Below, piece after piece: positions 12,459 through 25,372 of a stretch of DNA of 64,000 nucleotides. The stretch covers positions 45,818,001 to 45,882,000 of the forward strand of contig NC_043009.1 in assembly GCF_006345805.1 (NCBI RefSeq). Reading direction: 5' to 3'. The stretch's first letter is position 1. Every line of letters begins with the position of its first letter. This DNA comes from Octopus sinensis. Taxonomy: Eukaryota. The notes under the pieces are model-generated. The model was not told where the DNA came from and made no database searches. It worked only from the letters and a program-made list of their open reading frames with translations. Made by a program: the position numbers and the translations under genes.

Positions 12459-13172
12459 GTATATGTATATAATCAATAATAATAAATGGTAACAGTAATT
12501 AATCAACTAGTAATTAATAATTCCATCAAGTACTTATTTGGCATGTTAAAAGGACCATTTTTCGGTACACATATACAATATTTTATAATTATGAGTATAA
12601 TTATAAGTAGGGTTCAGCAAAGATTTGCTTTACCAAATACCGAACTTTAGAAATAGCAACCAAAGAACCTTAGCTATTTCTTCTTCTATAAGAAGAAACT
12701 CCCGGATAACAAAATACTCAAAATAACCCACGTAGACATAGAGGGAAAATAATGAAATGATCGATATAATTTGCCTGGTTAACATCATGTGCTTTCTTTT
12801 GAAACGTTCGACATTCCGTAGCATTTGGGTTGTTTGTTCTTTGCTTTTCTGTCGCACCCATGTAAGTAGGTTGGGCAGTGAAAATTTGAAAATGGATATA
12901 TCAGAAAAATTTTACTACTGATTTCAAATTGTGATGCGTCTACAATCATTGATAAAAATGTTGTTTCCATGGATAGATTTCTTCTAGTTCCGTTCATAAT
13001 AAAAAGCGTAGGTTTGATGATGCAATTTTATATATTTACATCTAGATGTTATCGCAAAGAAAACTTCTGTTTCTTTCGAGTACTCAGTCTAAATATAAAT
13101 TTCTACTTCAAATCTTTCCAGACTACATTTCCAGAACATTTCATGAAATCTGTTTTCTATCTCTTTTGACAG

Positions 13173-13444
13173 GTATATTCAATTGGATTAAAAGACCGGG
13201 ATTATGCCTGGCTACTGACTGAACATGATTATATACGATCAACAGAACGATATCACTCTTTCCCGATTGGATCGCTTTCTTTTTCGTTGAGCGTCACTAT
13301 AAACCAAGAACATATAGTCAGTGACGTTGTTAATCTTATAAGCCAGGCCATGTCTCATATTAAGCATCTACCGTTTGGTAGTAAGCGTGAATGTTCAAAA
13401 ATTGCAAACTCTAAACAAATAGCTCGGGGTAAAGCACTATACAA
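13173..13444 (+). CDS. GRIN3: Internal coding exon of an NMDA-type glutamate receptor (GluN3-like), C-terminal part of the amino-terminal domain
   Basis: Acceptor ctcttttgacAG (13171-72) and donor AA|gtaagt (13445). The 272-nt open frame reads VYSIGLKDRDYAWLLTEHDY...IARGKALY+AA. The phase-2 end joins the phase-2 start of the 49799 exon to give GKALYKSILKASG. GLKDRDYAWLLTE resembles the NMDAR ATD motif GLxxxxYVW(I/L). Confidence 0.85.
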
Positions 13445-14313
13445 GTAAGTATCATGTCATTTCATTTTTATTTATTCAACATTATTTTTCTATGATTGAT
13501 GATGTAATGTCTGGCGATTCTGAAGTGATTCATAATCTCTAGATATGTAAGTAGTATGCGCATATATAAAAAGATACACCCACATATCAGACATAACGTA
13601 AATTTTCGTATATATCGATATATATGTATATGTACACACGCACTCGCACACATACACACAAACACACACACACACACATCCATCCATATATGTAGAACTA
13701 TATAAGTACGTGTATGAATATTATCGCTGATGCCTGTAAAAAGTAAGTATCTAATGCATAAGGTATAGTGTGATATATATATATATATTTTGTGTATGTG
13801 CATGTGCGTATAGATGCATACATATATATATATACTGAACAAGATTGAGTTTTCTGATAATTATTTTCCACATTAATGATTAGATGTTAACAATTCGTAT
13901 CATATAGGGCCGGGAATGCAAGTGAATGACCGAATGATATAATCGAGCGGGATCTCGAACGTGCTCATTTTCGGAATTCCATGAACCGAATTCCGAAAAT
14001 GAGTTTTTCAAACACGAGAATTTAAATAGACACTTCCAGAAGTGGAATTCCGGCTCATTGTCTCAAAATAATGCTCCAACGCGATTGAGTGACGTTGGTG
14101 GCCTGCCGATGTGAGGGCACACCATGTGTATCAGCTGTTTGCTCGTATTTCCAGCACTATAGGGTTTTTAAGCATTTAATCTTTAAAGTGGAAAATAGGT
14201 CATAATTATTAGAAACATCATTCTTATTTATTTTTCAGATATACATTACTATACCAAGGAGTTTTTATTTCTATTACTACTACGTGCATGTGTGTGTGTA
14301 TTTATACACACGC

Positions 14314-14354
<41 letters not shown>

Positions 14355-14358
<4 letters not shown>

Positions 14359-14439
14359 AGAGTAAGCACATAAATGTGAAAAAAGAGTACTCAAACACCA
14401 GAGGTAGAGTGATATGCTTTTAAATAAAGTATATATATA

Positions 14440-14488
<49 letters not shown>

Positions 14489-14560
14489 AGAGTAAGCACA
14501 TAAATGTGAAAAAAGAGTACTCAAACACCAGAGGTAGAGTGATATGCTTTTAAATAAAGT
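14355..14560. repeat. Tandem duplication of a ~75-bp unit separated by (TA)n
   Basis: taccagagtaagcacataaatgtgaaaaaagagtactc...ttttaaataaag occurs twice. Confidence 0.85.
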
Positions 14561-14566
14561 ATATAT

Positions 14567-14602
<36 letters not shown>

Positions 14603-15789
14603 CCTTTTTTTGAGCTCTGTACGGATTAGAGCCAGTCACTCACACGTAAGGGTGCAAAGTTCATCTAACACTGAAGAAGGAAACTATCAGAAACGTCAGG
14701 GTTGTAGATTGCTCATACTGTCAACTGTTCGAAATAAGGAATATCTAATAGACGCAATCAACAATACGTCTCACTGGACTCTACTTCATCGTACACACTC
14801 CCCCCACCACACACATATATATATACATATTAGTGTATGTGTGCGTGAGTGGGTGTGTATGTCTAAGAGATAATCAAAAGATTAAGAACAAGCAAAATAT
14901 ACATAAAATATAGTGTATTAATTCTGCGAAGCCTCATGCATATATTCACAAACGCACACACGCACATACACACACACACATACATGCGTGAATGTGTGTG
15001 TTTGTGTGTGTGTGTGTATGAATGCATATGTTTGTATATAGGCATACACACACATCTATATTATATATATATATATATTTGTGTGTATATATACACACAT
15101 ATACACAAAGTAATAAAACGCACATGAATATACATATATTTGTTCATGCAAACATTTCCATTAGCAAACATGTAGACTGCCGTGTTGCTTTCGTTTATAT
15201 CTCTATAAAAATCTAAAATGTCTCGAAAGACATTAAAGATTTGTTTATTTAACAATGCAATAAGCTACAAAGAGATGATTTCTCTGTAAAATTCCATGAC
15301 AATGTTAATAAAGTAAACATACTGTTTATTAATGCTGACAATGAATTCTACAAGCAAAATTTTCAATAAAATTTATGATATATGATTCAATATGGATTAT
15401 ATTGAATTCTCAACAATTGGGCGGTGAGTGTAAACGGAATACATCAGTCTGTCAATGGGTAAGATTACATCTATCTTCTATTTCCAGCAGGCTGTAACAC
15501 TACTTCAAGACCCAGGTAGACCCTTGCGCGCACTGATTGAGCATTTGGGCGTATGATCACAGACTTAACTCCATTGTTTCATGTGGTCTTTCTTTTTAAA
15601 ACGGTAGGGTGTAATTGGCGGTGAAGCTGAGGTAGGCGAGCGGGTATATGTGCGTGTGAATATGAATACGTATGAGTGTGTGGGCTTGTGTCTGCTAGAC
15701 TATATATGAGTGTATATGTTCATCAGCATGTAACATCTGTGATACCAATCTGGGGCTAACTTTCTCATTATTTTTTTTTGTTTTAGTTT

Positions 15790-15960
15790 ATAATTGTCTC
15801 CCAGACTTACCTTATTAACCTACATTAAAAAACCACCCCTTCTCCTAACCCTATCTCCACCTTTAGCCAGTCTGTGTCCCTTCCAAATCTGGCTCATCAA
15901 TCCAAACTCTCTCCATACCTCAGAGCACTCGGTTGTCAAATCTAATTTTACTCCTTCATA
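15790..15960 (-). mobile_element. Small LINE APE-endonuclease remnant
   Basis: Minus strand reads GDRVRRRGGFLM*VNK, similar to the APE motif DR..RGGGV..YV. Confidence 0.35.
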
Positions 15961-16129
15961 TTGTAATTCTAACGATGTTTTATCGTCATAATTAACTTTA
16001 ATTGCTTATCTGTTATATTTTATAGCTGCATTATCATGTATACATATGAATGTGACAAAATGTTAGCCACCTGAAAAGTGCATGTACTCTGATATGAATC
16101 CAGTACAACATGTTGCCGGCAACTATACT

Positions 16130-16553
16130 GGTAGCCCCACCTTGCTATCATGGTGAGGAGGGTTACTAGAAACCCAGCAGGATTAAAAACAAGACGTGTT
16201 GAAAGGTCGGATGAAACTAGTGCAGGCTCAACGGCTATCTAGCTATAACATGGGTACGCAGAAATTCCGGGATGGTGCCCGGCATGCTGAAGAACCAATG
16301 TTGAAGCATGTCTCTAGCAGATATGCAAGGAATGTCATTGGACATTCTGAAGATCTTTGGTTTGTGCTAGAGATCAAGGCGCTCCCACATCCCTGAGCAT
16401 GTGACTCATATTGGCACCAGACATCTTGCTCCGGCTTGTCTCTGGATAATGTCAATAAACTAGAGAGTGTCTATGAGGTGTTGTGCAAGCCTTATTGGAC
16501 CTAAAACACTACACAGGCATTGCTGACCCCTGTCCAGTATGTGCTTTCACCCC

Positions 16554-16606
<53 letters not shown>

Positions 16607-19600
16607 TATTTTTAGTATATACGTATCTTTATTTTTAGTATATATATATTTTTTTATTCGGAAGTCCTGCGTCCATGAGAATGTGGTGAAGCATGCAGAC
16701 CTGGCGGGTTGGAAGCATGTAGTCAGCGACCTGCACGTAGGTGGCCCATGCTAGATATAAAGTCGTCCCCTTGTCGCTCAAGACAGCGGTAGGATAAGGT
16801 TACTGCATGGGTGTCTGAGCACCTCCATTTGGAGAGGGCACTGCTCACCCGTAGGCCGGGGAGGTTCTAGAAAAGGTGAACCAAAAATTGCCGTCAGTTT
16901 AGCGCGACTGACGGATGTCCAACCTGCGCTCGAAAAACAAAGACTTTTATTTACAAAAATCTAGATAGAACTTAAACATTTCATGTTGGAATGTGCGCAT
17001 ACTGTTGGATAACAAGAGTGATTGTAAGCCTGAAAGACGCACTGCACTTGTTGCTCGCGAGCTGAACCCTTATAACATTGATATAGCTGCATTCAGAGAC
17101 TCGTATAGAAGGTGATGGTTAGCTTGAGAAAGTAGGAGGTGGATACATCTTTTTTGGAAGGGGAGACAGAAGAGGGAGCGCAGAGAGGCTGGTGTTGGCT
17201 TTGCAGTTCGTTCTGATATCCGTAAGAAGTTGGAGGAGCTTCCTCTTCCAATAAATGAACGTCTAATGACTCTACGATTGCACTTGAAAGGTGGGCGATT
17301 TGCTACTCTAATAATTGCCTATGCACCTACTCTGACTAGCTGTGATGAAGATAAAACTATTTTTATACCCAGCTGACAGCCATACTTAGGAAAATCTCCA
17401 ATTCTGATAAAGTCATTCTACTGGGGTATTTCAATACCAGGGTTGGAACAGACTGGTAAACATGGAACTCTCTAGAACGTTTTGGAGTAGGGAAATGAAT
17501 AGCAATGGTCTCATGTTGCTAGAGCTTTGCGACGAACATGGACATCGCAAGCACTCATTTTATGCACAAAGGTGATCACACAACAACGTGGATACATCTA
17601 AGGTCTAAAGCTTGGCACTTGTTGGATTATGTCATCATTCGCAAGCATGACATCTGAAACATTTGTAATGTCAAATCCGTTCATGGATCGGAATGCTAGA
17701 CAGACCAGTCTGGTGCGAGCAAAGTCCCGGATGATGATTAAAATGAAAGATAGAAGAGGGTCAGTCAGCATCTCTCGGCGTCTGAATGTCTACAAGATAT
17801 ATGATGCTGTGTTGAGGAAAGAGCTTCAGACTCGCTTGTCCAGCATTGAAAATACTGCAGCAAGGGAAGATTTTCGAGACCAGGTTCTTCAATGTGCCGC
17901 TTGAACACTGAGATATGCTACTGCCAGACACAGAGATTTGTTTGATGAAAATGATGCCGAAGATCAGCGACTGTTGCATGTAAAGCGTAGTGCCCACAAT
18001 GTGTGGCTACACAGAGGACTTTGTGATGTACAGCGAAATCTAGCACTTACCCACTATAGCAGTGTAAAATGACTACTGCGGCGATCGCTCAGGAAGATGA
18101 ACACTTGGTGGGAGGATCTTGCACGTGATGTTCAGGCTGCTGCTGTTGCAAATGACAGAAAATGACAGCAAGAAGCTTTACCATCTTGTGAAGTAAGTTC
18201 TTGGGCCAAAGAGCTCCACATCAGCCTTTGCGTTGCAGTGAATCTTTCATTCTATTTACTAAATCAACAGAAATCACTGGTCGCTGGATCAAACACTTCT
18301 CTGAACTCCTAAACCTTGAGTCAGTTGTGGATGAAACAGTGACTGATATTATGCAACAAAGACCTATCAATGGCTCCATAAATTCCACGCCCTCAATAGC
18401 TGAAGTAATGACATCAATAAATAAAGGATGGAATTTGTGCTGAGATCTTGCGATTTGGTGGTGATTACATCACACAGTCCCTTCCGGAACTTATTAATGC
18501 AGTCTTGATGGATGGTTCAATGCCTGAGGACTGGAAGGATGCAATTATTCTTCCTTTCTATAAAGGAAAGGAGCCAGAACAATGTGTGGTAAGTACAGAT
18601 GTATTGCTCTACTATCAAGTACTAGCAAGGTTCTGGCAAATATTCTTCCTATCAGACTGAATCGGTGTCTCGTAAATGATGTCTTATCTGAATCTCAATG
18701 TGGCTTCCGATCTGGTGGATGGACAATGAATATGATTTTCACAGCAAGACAGATGCAGGCGAAGTGCTATGAACAGAATATGGATCTTGTCCAGGTATTC
18801 ATTGATTTAACGAAGGCCTTTGATACTGTAAATAGGGCCTTTCTATGGAAAATACTTGGCAAACCTGAATATCCGGATCACTTTGTATCTATAATTAAAT
18901 CATTTCATGATGGGATGGAGGCTTGGGTCAGTATTGGTGGTGGCATGGCGAGATCCATCACTGTCAACTCTCTTTTCTTTGTACTTTGCTGCTGCTTTTA
19001 CTCATGCTTTTGCTAAGGTTAGCTCTATGGGAATATATATCAGATATCGATCTTATGGCCGCCTCTTTAATCTGCACCGATTTGTTGTCAATTCAAAAGT
19101 TTCCAAGTCTCTTATTCGTGACCTTCTTTATGTAGATAACTGCGACTTAGTCTTGTACAGTGGATGACATGCAAATACTTATGAATTGTGTTTCTGCATC
19201 CTACAAGGCATTTGGACTCAGCATTAACCTGGACAAGACTGTTGTAATGTTCCAGCCTGCACTAAGAAATCCATATGTGGAACAAGCTATCTTGGTTGAA
19301 GGAACAATTCTGAAAGTGGTAGACAAGTTTGTCTACCTGGGCAGCACACTCAGTCGTTCTTGCTCCCTGGATGATGAAATATCTTTCAGGCTGCAGAGAG
19401 CGACTGATTACTACCGATCTCTTAAGTCTCGTGTCCGGTGGACCCAGCATGGCATCACAAGGCAAACAAAAATTGCTGTATATCGTGCATGTGTACTGAC
19501 ATCGCTCCTTTACTCATGTGAGGCACGGACCCTTTACAAACGTCATGTAAGAGTCCTTGGACGTTTCGATCAGAGATGTCTCAGACCTTAAAAACTCTAG

Positions 19601-20155
19601 ACATACAAGCTCTGAGGAGAGCTGATATCTTGAGTATTGAAGCGATGGTGCACAAGCACCGGTTGCGTTGGACTGGACACCTTATTAGAATGAACCATAG
19701 CAGAATCCCTAAACAGATGTTATAAGGGGGAACTTATGAATGGAAAGAGACCTCAGCAGAAGCCAAGGCTCCGATTTAAGGACTGTGTCAAGTCCTCATT
19801 AAAGGCCTGTGACATGCAGGAGACTGCCTGGGAGAACATTGCCTGTCATCGCCACAGATGGAGGAAGCAGGCTAAGGCAAGGGTTGACACTTTTGAGAGG
19901 GCACGTATTCAACATGAAGAACTTAAGCGTGCTTCTCGAAAGCGCACTGCTGGTGTAGCGAATGAGAAAAGCTTGGTCTGCAATGTTTGCAGTCGTGTAT
20001 GCTTGACAGGTGTAGGGCTCATTAGCCACCAACGGAGCAGCAACTGCAAAATATAAGTTAGTCCTAGAGTGCACAATATCCCTGAAAGTCAGCAATGCTC
20101 TTCCTCGGTCACGAGTGGACGGCCATCATATATGTATGTATGTATGTATGTATGT
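16130..20155 (+). mobile_element. Near-full-length degenerate RTE-clade LINE (APE endonuclease, RT, C-terminal zinc finger, (TATG)n tail)
   Basis: APE motifs ~17000-17640 (GVGFAV, IIAYAPT, LLDYVII). RT motifs SESQCGFRSG, VFIDLTKAFDTV, LLYVD, FGLSINLDKT, FVYLGSTLS. CNVCSRVCLTGVGLISHQR. RTE-like 5' UTR from ~16130. Many stops and frameshifts; microsatellite insertion at 16550-16640. Confidence 0.88.
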
Positions 20156-20626
20156 GTGTACGTATATACGCCGTTTTCTTAAGAAGCTCAAATGAAAATG
20201 ATATTATGAATAAACAAATAATGTCTGAATAAACAAATAATGCCATCCTACACGGTTCAATGTCCGCATGTAATTCTCGCTACTTTCGTCTAGCTATAGC
20301 GTATATTTTCACCAAGATAGTTTATAAGATAATGTAAAGTATAGAAGCCATCTTATCATGGCTAACCACATTGGGGAGGGGGTGTTACTGTAGCTTTATA
20401 GCCCCAAGAGATCGTCGTCTCTAGCTGGCTTTAGACACAATATCAGTGTCCTTGGATCAGTTTATAAGATGTAATTTATTCACTGTTAGTTTCATTTGCG
20501 TGTGACCTTCTCGAAAGTATATTTTACTTCAAAATCTCCAAATCCTTCAAATAAAAGAAAAGCAAATATATACATAGATACATACATACACACACACGCA
20601 CACACACATACACACACACATACACA

Positions 20627-20699
<73 letters not shown>

Positions 20700-20791
20700 T
20701 TGTGTGTGTGTGTTTGTGTGTATAATATTTGTTTTGTTTTAATGAACTCGAGACAAAACTTCTGCTGAAGTGTAGCACATCTAAGCATAGC

Positions 20792-20837
<46 letters not shown>

Positions 20838-21656
20838 CTAAATCCATATATGTATGCATATATATGCATACACACAGATATAGATATATATGTAACGTGC
20901 ATGTATATATGTATATATATATATACATTTATATATATATACACACATATATATATATATACATATACATACATATATACATACACACACATGTGTGTAT
21001 TCATATAGGTACAATAATACACTAAATATATATATGTATACATATTTATATATATTTATATATATATGAAAATGTGTATATGCATATAAAATTAGCATGT
21101 GTATATGTGCATGTGTGCCTAAATAAACATGCTTGTCTGAGTAAATGCTTATACACGTTCACGCAAGAATGCCAATAAATTATTTTAATGTTGTCTTCGT
21201 TTATATCTGTAAATAAATCTAAAACGGGCTTTAATGGTGGTCATAAATTTACGTATAGTTTAACAAATCACTAACGTGCAAGTAGATGTTTTCTATTTAA
21301 TCTTTGATGATGGCATTGATTATATGAACGTAAGTTTTAACAGTATATTCAAAGAGTTTTACTATATAAAATATTCGGCAATTTTTTCCATATAAGTCAA
21401 AACGAGTAATTTTATTACTTTTGTTTATAAATTTAGAATATGACAAAGGTGAAATTGGTCTTTAAGCAAAGAATACGTTTATACATTTTCACAAGGTTAC
21501 TATATTTTTAAGAACGACTATGTCGACACCACTTCTTATATTGTATGTTGGTCTGTTAGCCCAAAGCAAAGTGGATCTCACAAAGGCTACTGCTATGAGA
21601 TGTGCATATTAGGTATGAATATAATAGTTTTCACCAAATTTGTAGAGACCACCATG

Positions 21657-21695
<39 letters not shown>

Positions 21696-22407
21696 GATGG
21701 AGAACGTAACGCTATATCAAAAGTGAAAACGGGAACTGCTGTTACTCAATCAAATAAAATGAACCATATAATGTTTTTCTTAACATCTAATTAGATTACA
21801 TTTTAACAGCAATATTTTCTAAATATTTGTATAGAGCTTTGTTTTGACATAACTGTCTCATCGGTCCAAATTAATTAGCATTAACAGAAAAAAAAACAAG
21901 ATAGAATGGAGACGATCGAAATATTTGACAAAAAATATTTCATGAAATTAATGTTTATTTTAGATCAGGTGGAGAGGGTGGGTAAGTTTAATTTGAAATA
22001 CAGATTTATAGATAAAAAGAAACACAATTACAATTTATATTTTTGTTGACATTATGAAGACATTGATTCCATTCATTCTGTATATATATGCTTGTGAATG
22101 TGTATGCAAAAGAAAGAGAGAGAGAGAATAGATGCTGTGTACCTATTTGTAGTTTTTCATAGCTGCATTTCGCGGCAGAAGTCGGACGGCCTCACGGTAG
22201 GATGCACAAACAGTCACTGCTTTACTTAGTGAAGAATTTAATGGCTGATTATTCGGGATTTCTATTGTACCATGGACAAAATTCATTCCACTCTAGATGT
22301 CTTGCGGGAAATTATTCTCGCATTAATTACATACAACACGCTTTAGTATTTTAAAAAATATTTACTTTAATAGGCAGAGTCTTGCATTCGTATATATACA
22401 ATATAAA

Positions 22408-22640
22408 AAGGCGGCGAGCTGGCAGAGTCGTTGGCATGCCGGACGAAATGCTTAACGGTATATCGTCTGCCTTTACGTTCTGAGTTCAAATTCCGCCGAG
22501 GTCGACTTTGCCTTTCATCCTTTTGGGGTCGATTAAATAAGTACCAGTTGCGCACTGGGGTCGATATAATCGACTTAATCCGTTTGTCTGTCCTTGTTTG
22601 TCCTCTCTGTGTTTAGCCCCTTGTGGGTAGTAAAGAAATA
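22408..22640 (+). mobile_element. tRNA-derived SINE, family 1
   Basis: Head GGCGAGCTGGCAGA (A box) and GAGTTCAAATTCC (B box); tail GTAAAGAAATA; homologous to 57407 and 63392 copies. Confidence 0.85.
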
Positions 22641-22993
22641 CGTATATATACAATCATTCGTACACAGGTATATATGCACGCACATATACATTAGGTATAT
22701 AGTGCACGCGAATAAGTTGCACAATTATAAAAGGTGAAAAATAAATATACAGAAAAATGTATAAAGTTAATAAAATATATATAAATGTATAAGGGATGTT
22801 AAGATATATGAAATGCTTTAAAAACAGGTCCTATCCGTGACCTAGTACTTGTCTTTTTCTTCATACACACATATATGTATGTACGCTTATATGTCTGCAG
22901 GTGTAAATATGTTTGTCAGACATGAGGGTGCATTTGTGTATATACATATATAACTCAGACAGGAGAGTGTATATGTGTATATACATATAAATG

Positions 22994-23049
<56 letters not shown>

Positions 23050-23453
23050 ACATATATACGTATATATATACATATATACATATGTGTATATACATATATA
23101 TAACTCATTTCTATATTCAAGTATTGCGGCGAAGGTGAATGTTTTACGGTTTATGTGTTTTTTGCGTATGTTTTTATTTGTATATAAGTTTTCTGCGTAT
23201 GTATGTGTCTGTGCGTGTAGAGATGTATATATGAACGTAGTGATATATGTGTGCTCGTATGTATATGTACACGCGTGTGTGAGTATTTATATAAATATAC
23301 ATGCATACATTGTGTGTGTGTGTGTGTGCGCGTACACGTATTTGTGTGTGTATATGTGTGCATATGCGGATTCTATGCATGAAGTATTATTTTTACCATA
23401 CCTATTGGAGTAATTTCCCTTTATTTATCGGTTTTTTTCATAGAGTTTTATCT

Positions 23454-23515
23454 TAATAACTGATGAGATGCCGGAGGAGATTTTAGCCCCGGTATCCGAA
23501 CTCTTAGTCTTATTA
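23454..23515 (+). ncRNA. Type I hammerhead motif with a one-A deletion in GAAA
   Basis: TAATAA-CTGATGA-GATGCCGG...CCGGTATC-C-GAA-CTcttAGT-C-TTATTA; GUC triplet. Confidence 0.6.
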
Positions 23516-23780
23516 TGACAACCAACTAATTGTCCACATATTGCATGCATACATACATACATACATACATACATACATACATACATACATACATACACAC
23601 ATACATACATACACACATATATGTGTATATATATTTGTGTATGTATTGCTCAAAGAAATTCCAACTTTGATATTCACATTTTATTTACACCGTGTTACTC
23701 TAAAGACAATATCGATTTGATGGGGAGAGTAAGCTAATGTAAAATACAAATGCTTCATCACTTTAAACAAATTTTCGGCA

Positions 23781-23830
<50 letters not shown>

Positions 23831-23849
23831 ATATATATATATATATTAG

Positions 23850-24715
23850 GTACACTAAGCAGTATTGTGAACTAAAACTTTTTAAAATCACTTCCAAAAT
23901 GTATCTTAGGTAATGGAGGAGTTAATAAACAAATTCCACTGCGGTTTGCCATGGGGGAAATTGTCACTTTAGAAAATAGGTGTCAAAACACAATCAGTCA
24001 TCACGGTACGCTCTCAGGTTGATTGAAAAATGCCCTTCTAGCTATTTGGCTCCCGGGTACTATGCAAGATTGGAAATGGCCTCTTAAAAGTCAAGTACAT
24101 CAGAAATTTTTTTGAACATATTCATACTTATTGTCTGACGTCTCTTTATATTCTTTCTGGGCTACTAGCATGCATTGACTGGTAATATACCATACGGTTT
24201 CAATATTTTGTCCTCAAAGTCTGCACTTATAACTTTCTGATGTGTTGTCTATTCCATATTTGACGTAATTTGGTCTTAGTGCTTGCGCTTGGGCAGCACA
24301 GATTAGAGCCTCAGTTTCTGGTTTTCAATCGCATTTAGTCATCCATGGCCATCTGTTTTCTCTGTCTGTTTTATCTTCAACATCCCTATGAAATTGTCCA
24401 TGCATTCTTTTCTTTATCCACCTATTTTCAGTTTCATTCATTCTCAAGTGCTTGTACAGTGCTTTATCTTTTCAATCTTCCATCATACACAAGCATAACC
24501 TTCTTATTTCCAATAACAGTGGTTCTCTGTCATTTTTACATACCATGCTATGTTGTTTCCTTCTGCTAAAATGCTGCGTTCGCATCCAATCAGTCCTCGT
24601 CCCCCTTTTTTTCTTGGTACATGCAGTCTGTTTGTGTCACTTTTTAGGTGGAGTATCCCATATCTAGTCAGTAACTTCCTTATCTTTCTCTCTAAGCTGT
24701 TTAATTCGTCTATCA
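23850..24715 (-). mobile_element. Fragment of an R4/Dong-like (REL-endonuclease) non-LTR retrotransposon
   Basis: Minus-strand peptides SDTNRLHVPRKKGGRGLIG and PETEALICAAQAQALRPNYVKYGID...ETVWYITSQCMLVAQKEYKRR. Confidence 0.7.
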
Positions 24716-24761
24716 TCATCATCATCATCATTATTATTATTATAATTTATTATTATTATTA

Positions 24762-24792
<31 letters not shown>

Positions 24793-24852
24793 ATTTATTA
24801 TTATTATTATAATTTATTATTATTATTATAATTTATTATTATTATTATTATT
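24712..24852. repeat. (ATC)n/(ATT)n repeat
   Basis: Direct reading of the sequence. Confidence 0.95.
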
Positions 24853-24937
24853 GCCAGCATCGTCCTTGCTGTAATTATTAATGTTATTAATGGTATCGCT
24901 AGTTATATTATTGATGTAATCATTACTGTCAGTAATT

Positions 24938-25372
24938 AGAGCGTTTAAACCAAGCTTTGACGAAATAAAACTCGCTTTAGGGAATCAAAAAGGAGTGATC
25001 TTTCATCAGGACAATGCGCGACCCCACACTTCACAGAAGATCGAAGAGCTTGGTTGGGAAAAAATTCCTTATCCACCTTATTCTCCCGACCTTGCTCCTT
25101 CAGACTAACATTTGTTTCGTAGTTTACAGAATCATTTGGGGGACATAACTTTCGCAAGCCAGGAGGAGGTAGAAACTGACATTTCAAAGTTCTTCGCTTT
25201 GAAACCAAAAGAGTTTTACATTGATGGGATTAAAAAGCTTGTAAATAGATGGAAGGAAGTCATAGATAATCAGGGAAAGTACATTGATGATTAAATTTCA
25301 ATTAAATATAACATTCGATCACTTGTTTCCTTTATTCAAAGTTCGGACAGAACTTATGGGATGACCTGAGAT
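24938..25372 (+). mobile_element. 3' fragment of a mariner (DD34D) transposon
   Basis: GVIFHQDNARPHT, HPPYSPDLAPSD-like PYPPYSPDLAPSD*, RWKEVIDNQGKYIDD*, followed by a TIR-like end gaacttatgggatgacctga. Confidence 0.85.

Noticed and set aside
14660-14712. Minimal hammerhead-like CTGAAGA...GAAACGTC
   Set aside because: Cores are present, but stem I does not pair at the junction and stem II is not formed; at most a decayed remnant.
22408-22490. tRNA-like heads of SINEs as tRNA genes
   Set aside because: A and B boxes are followed by SINE body and tail; no complete cloverleaf.
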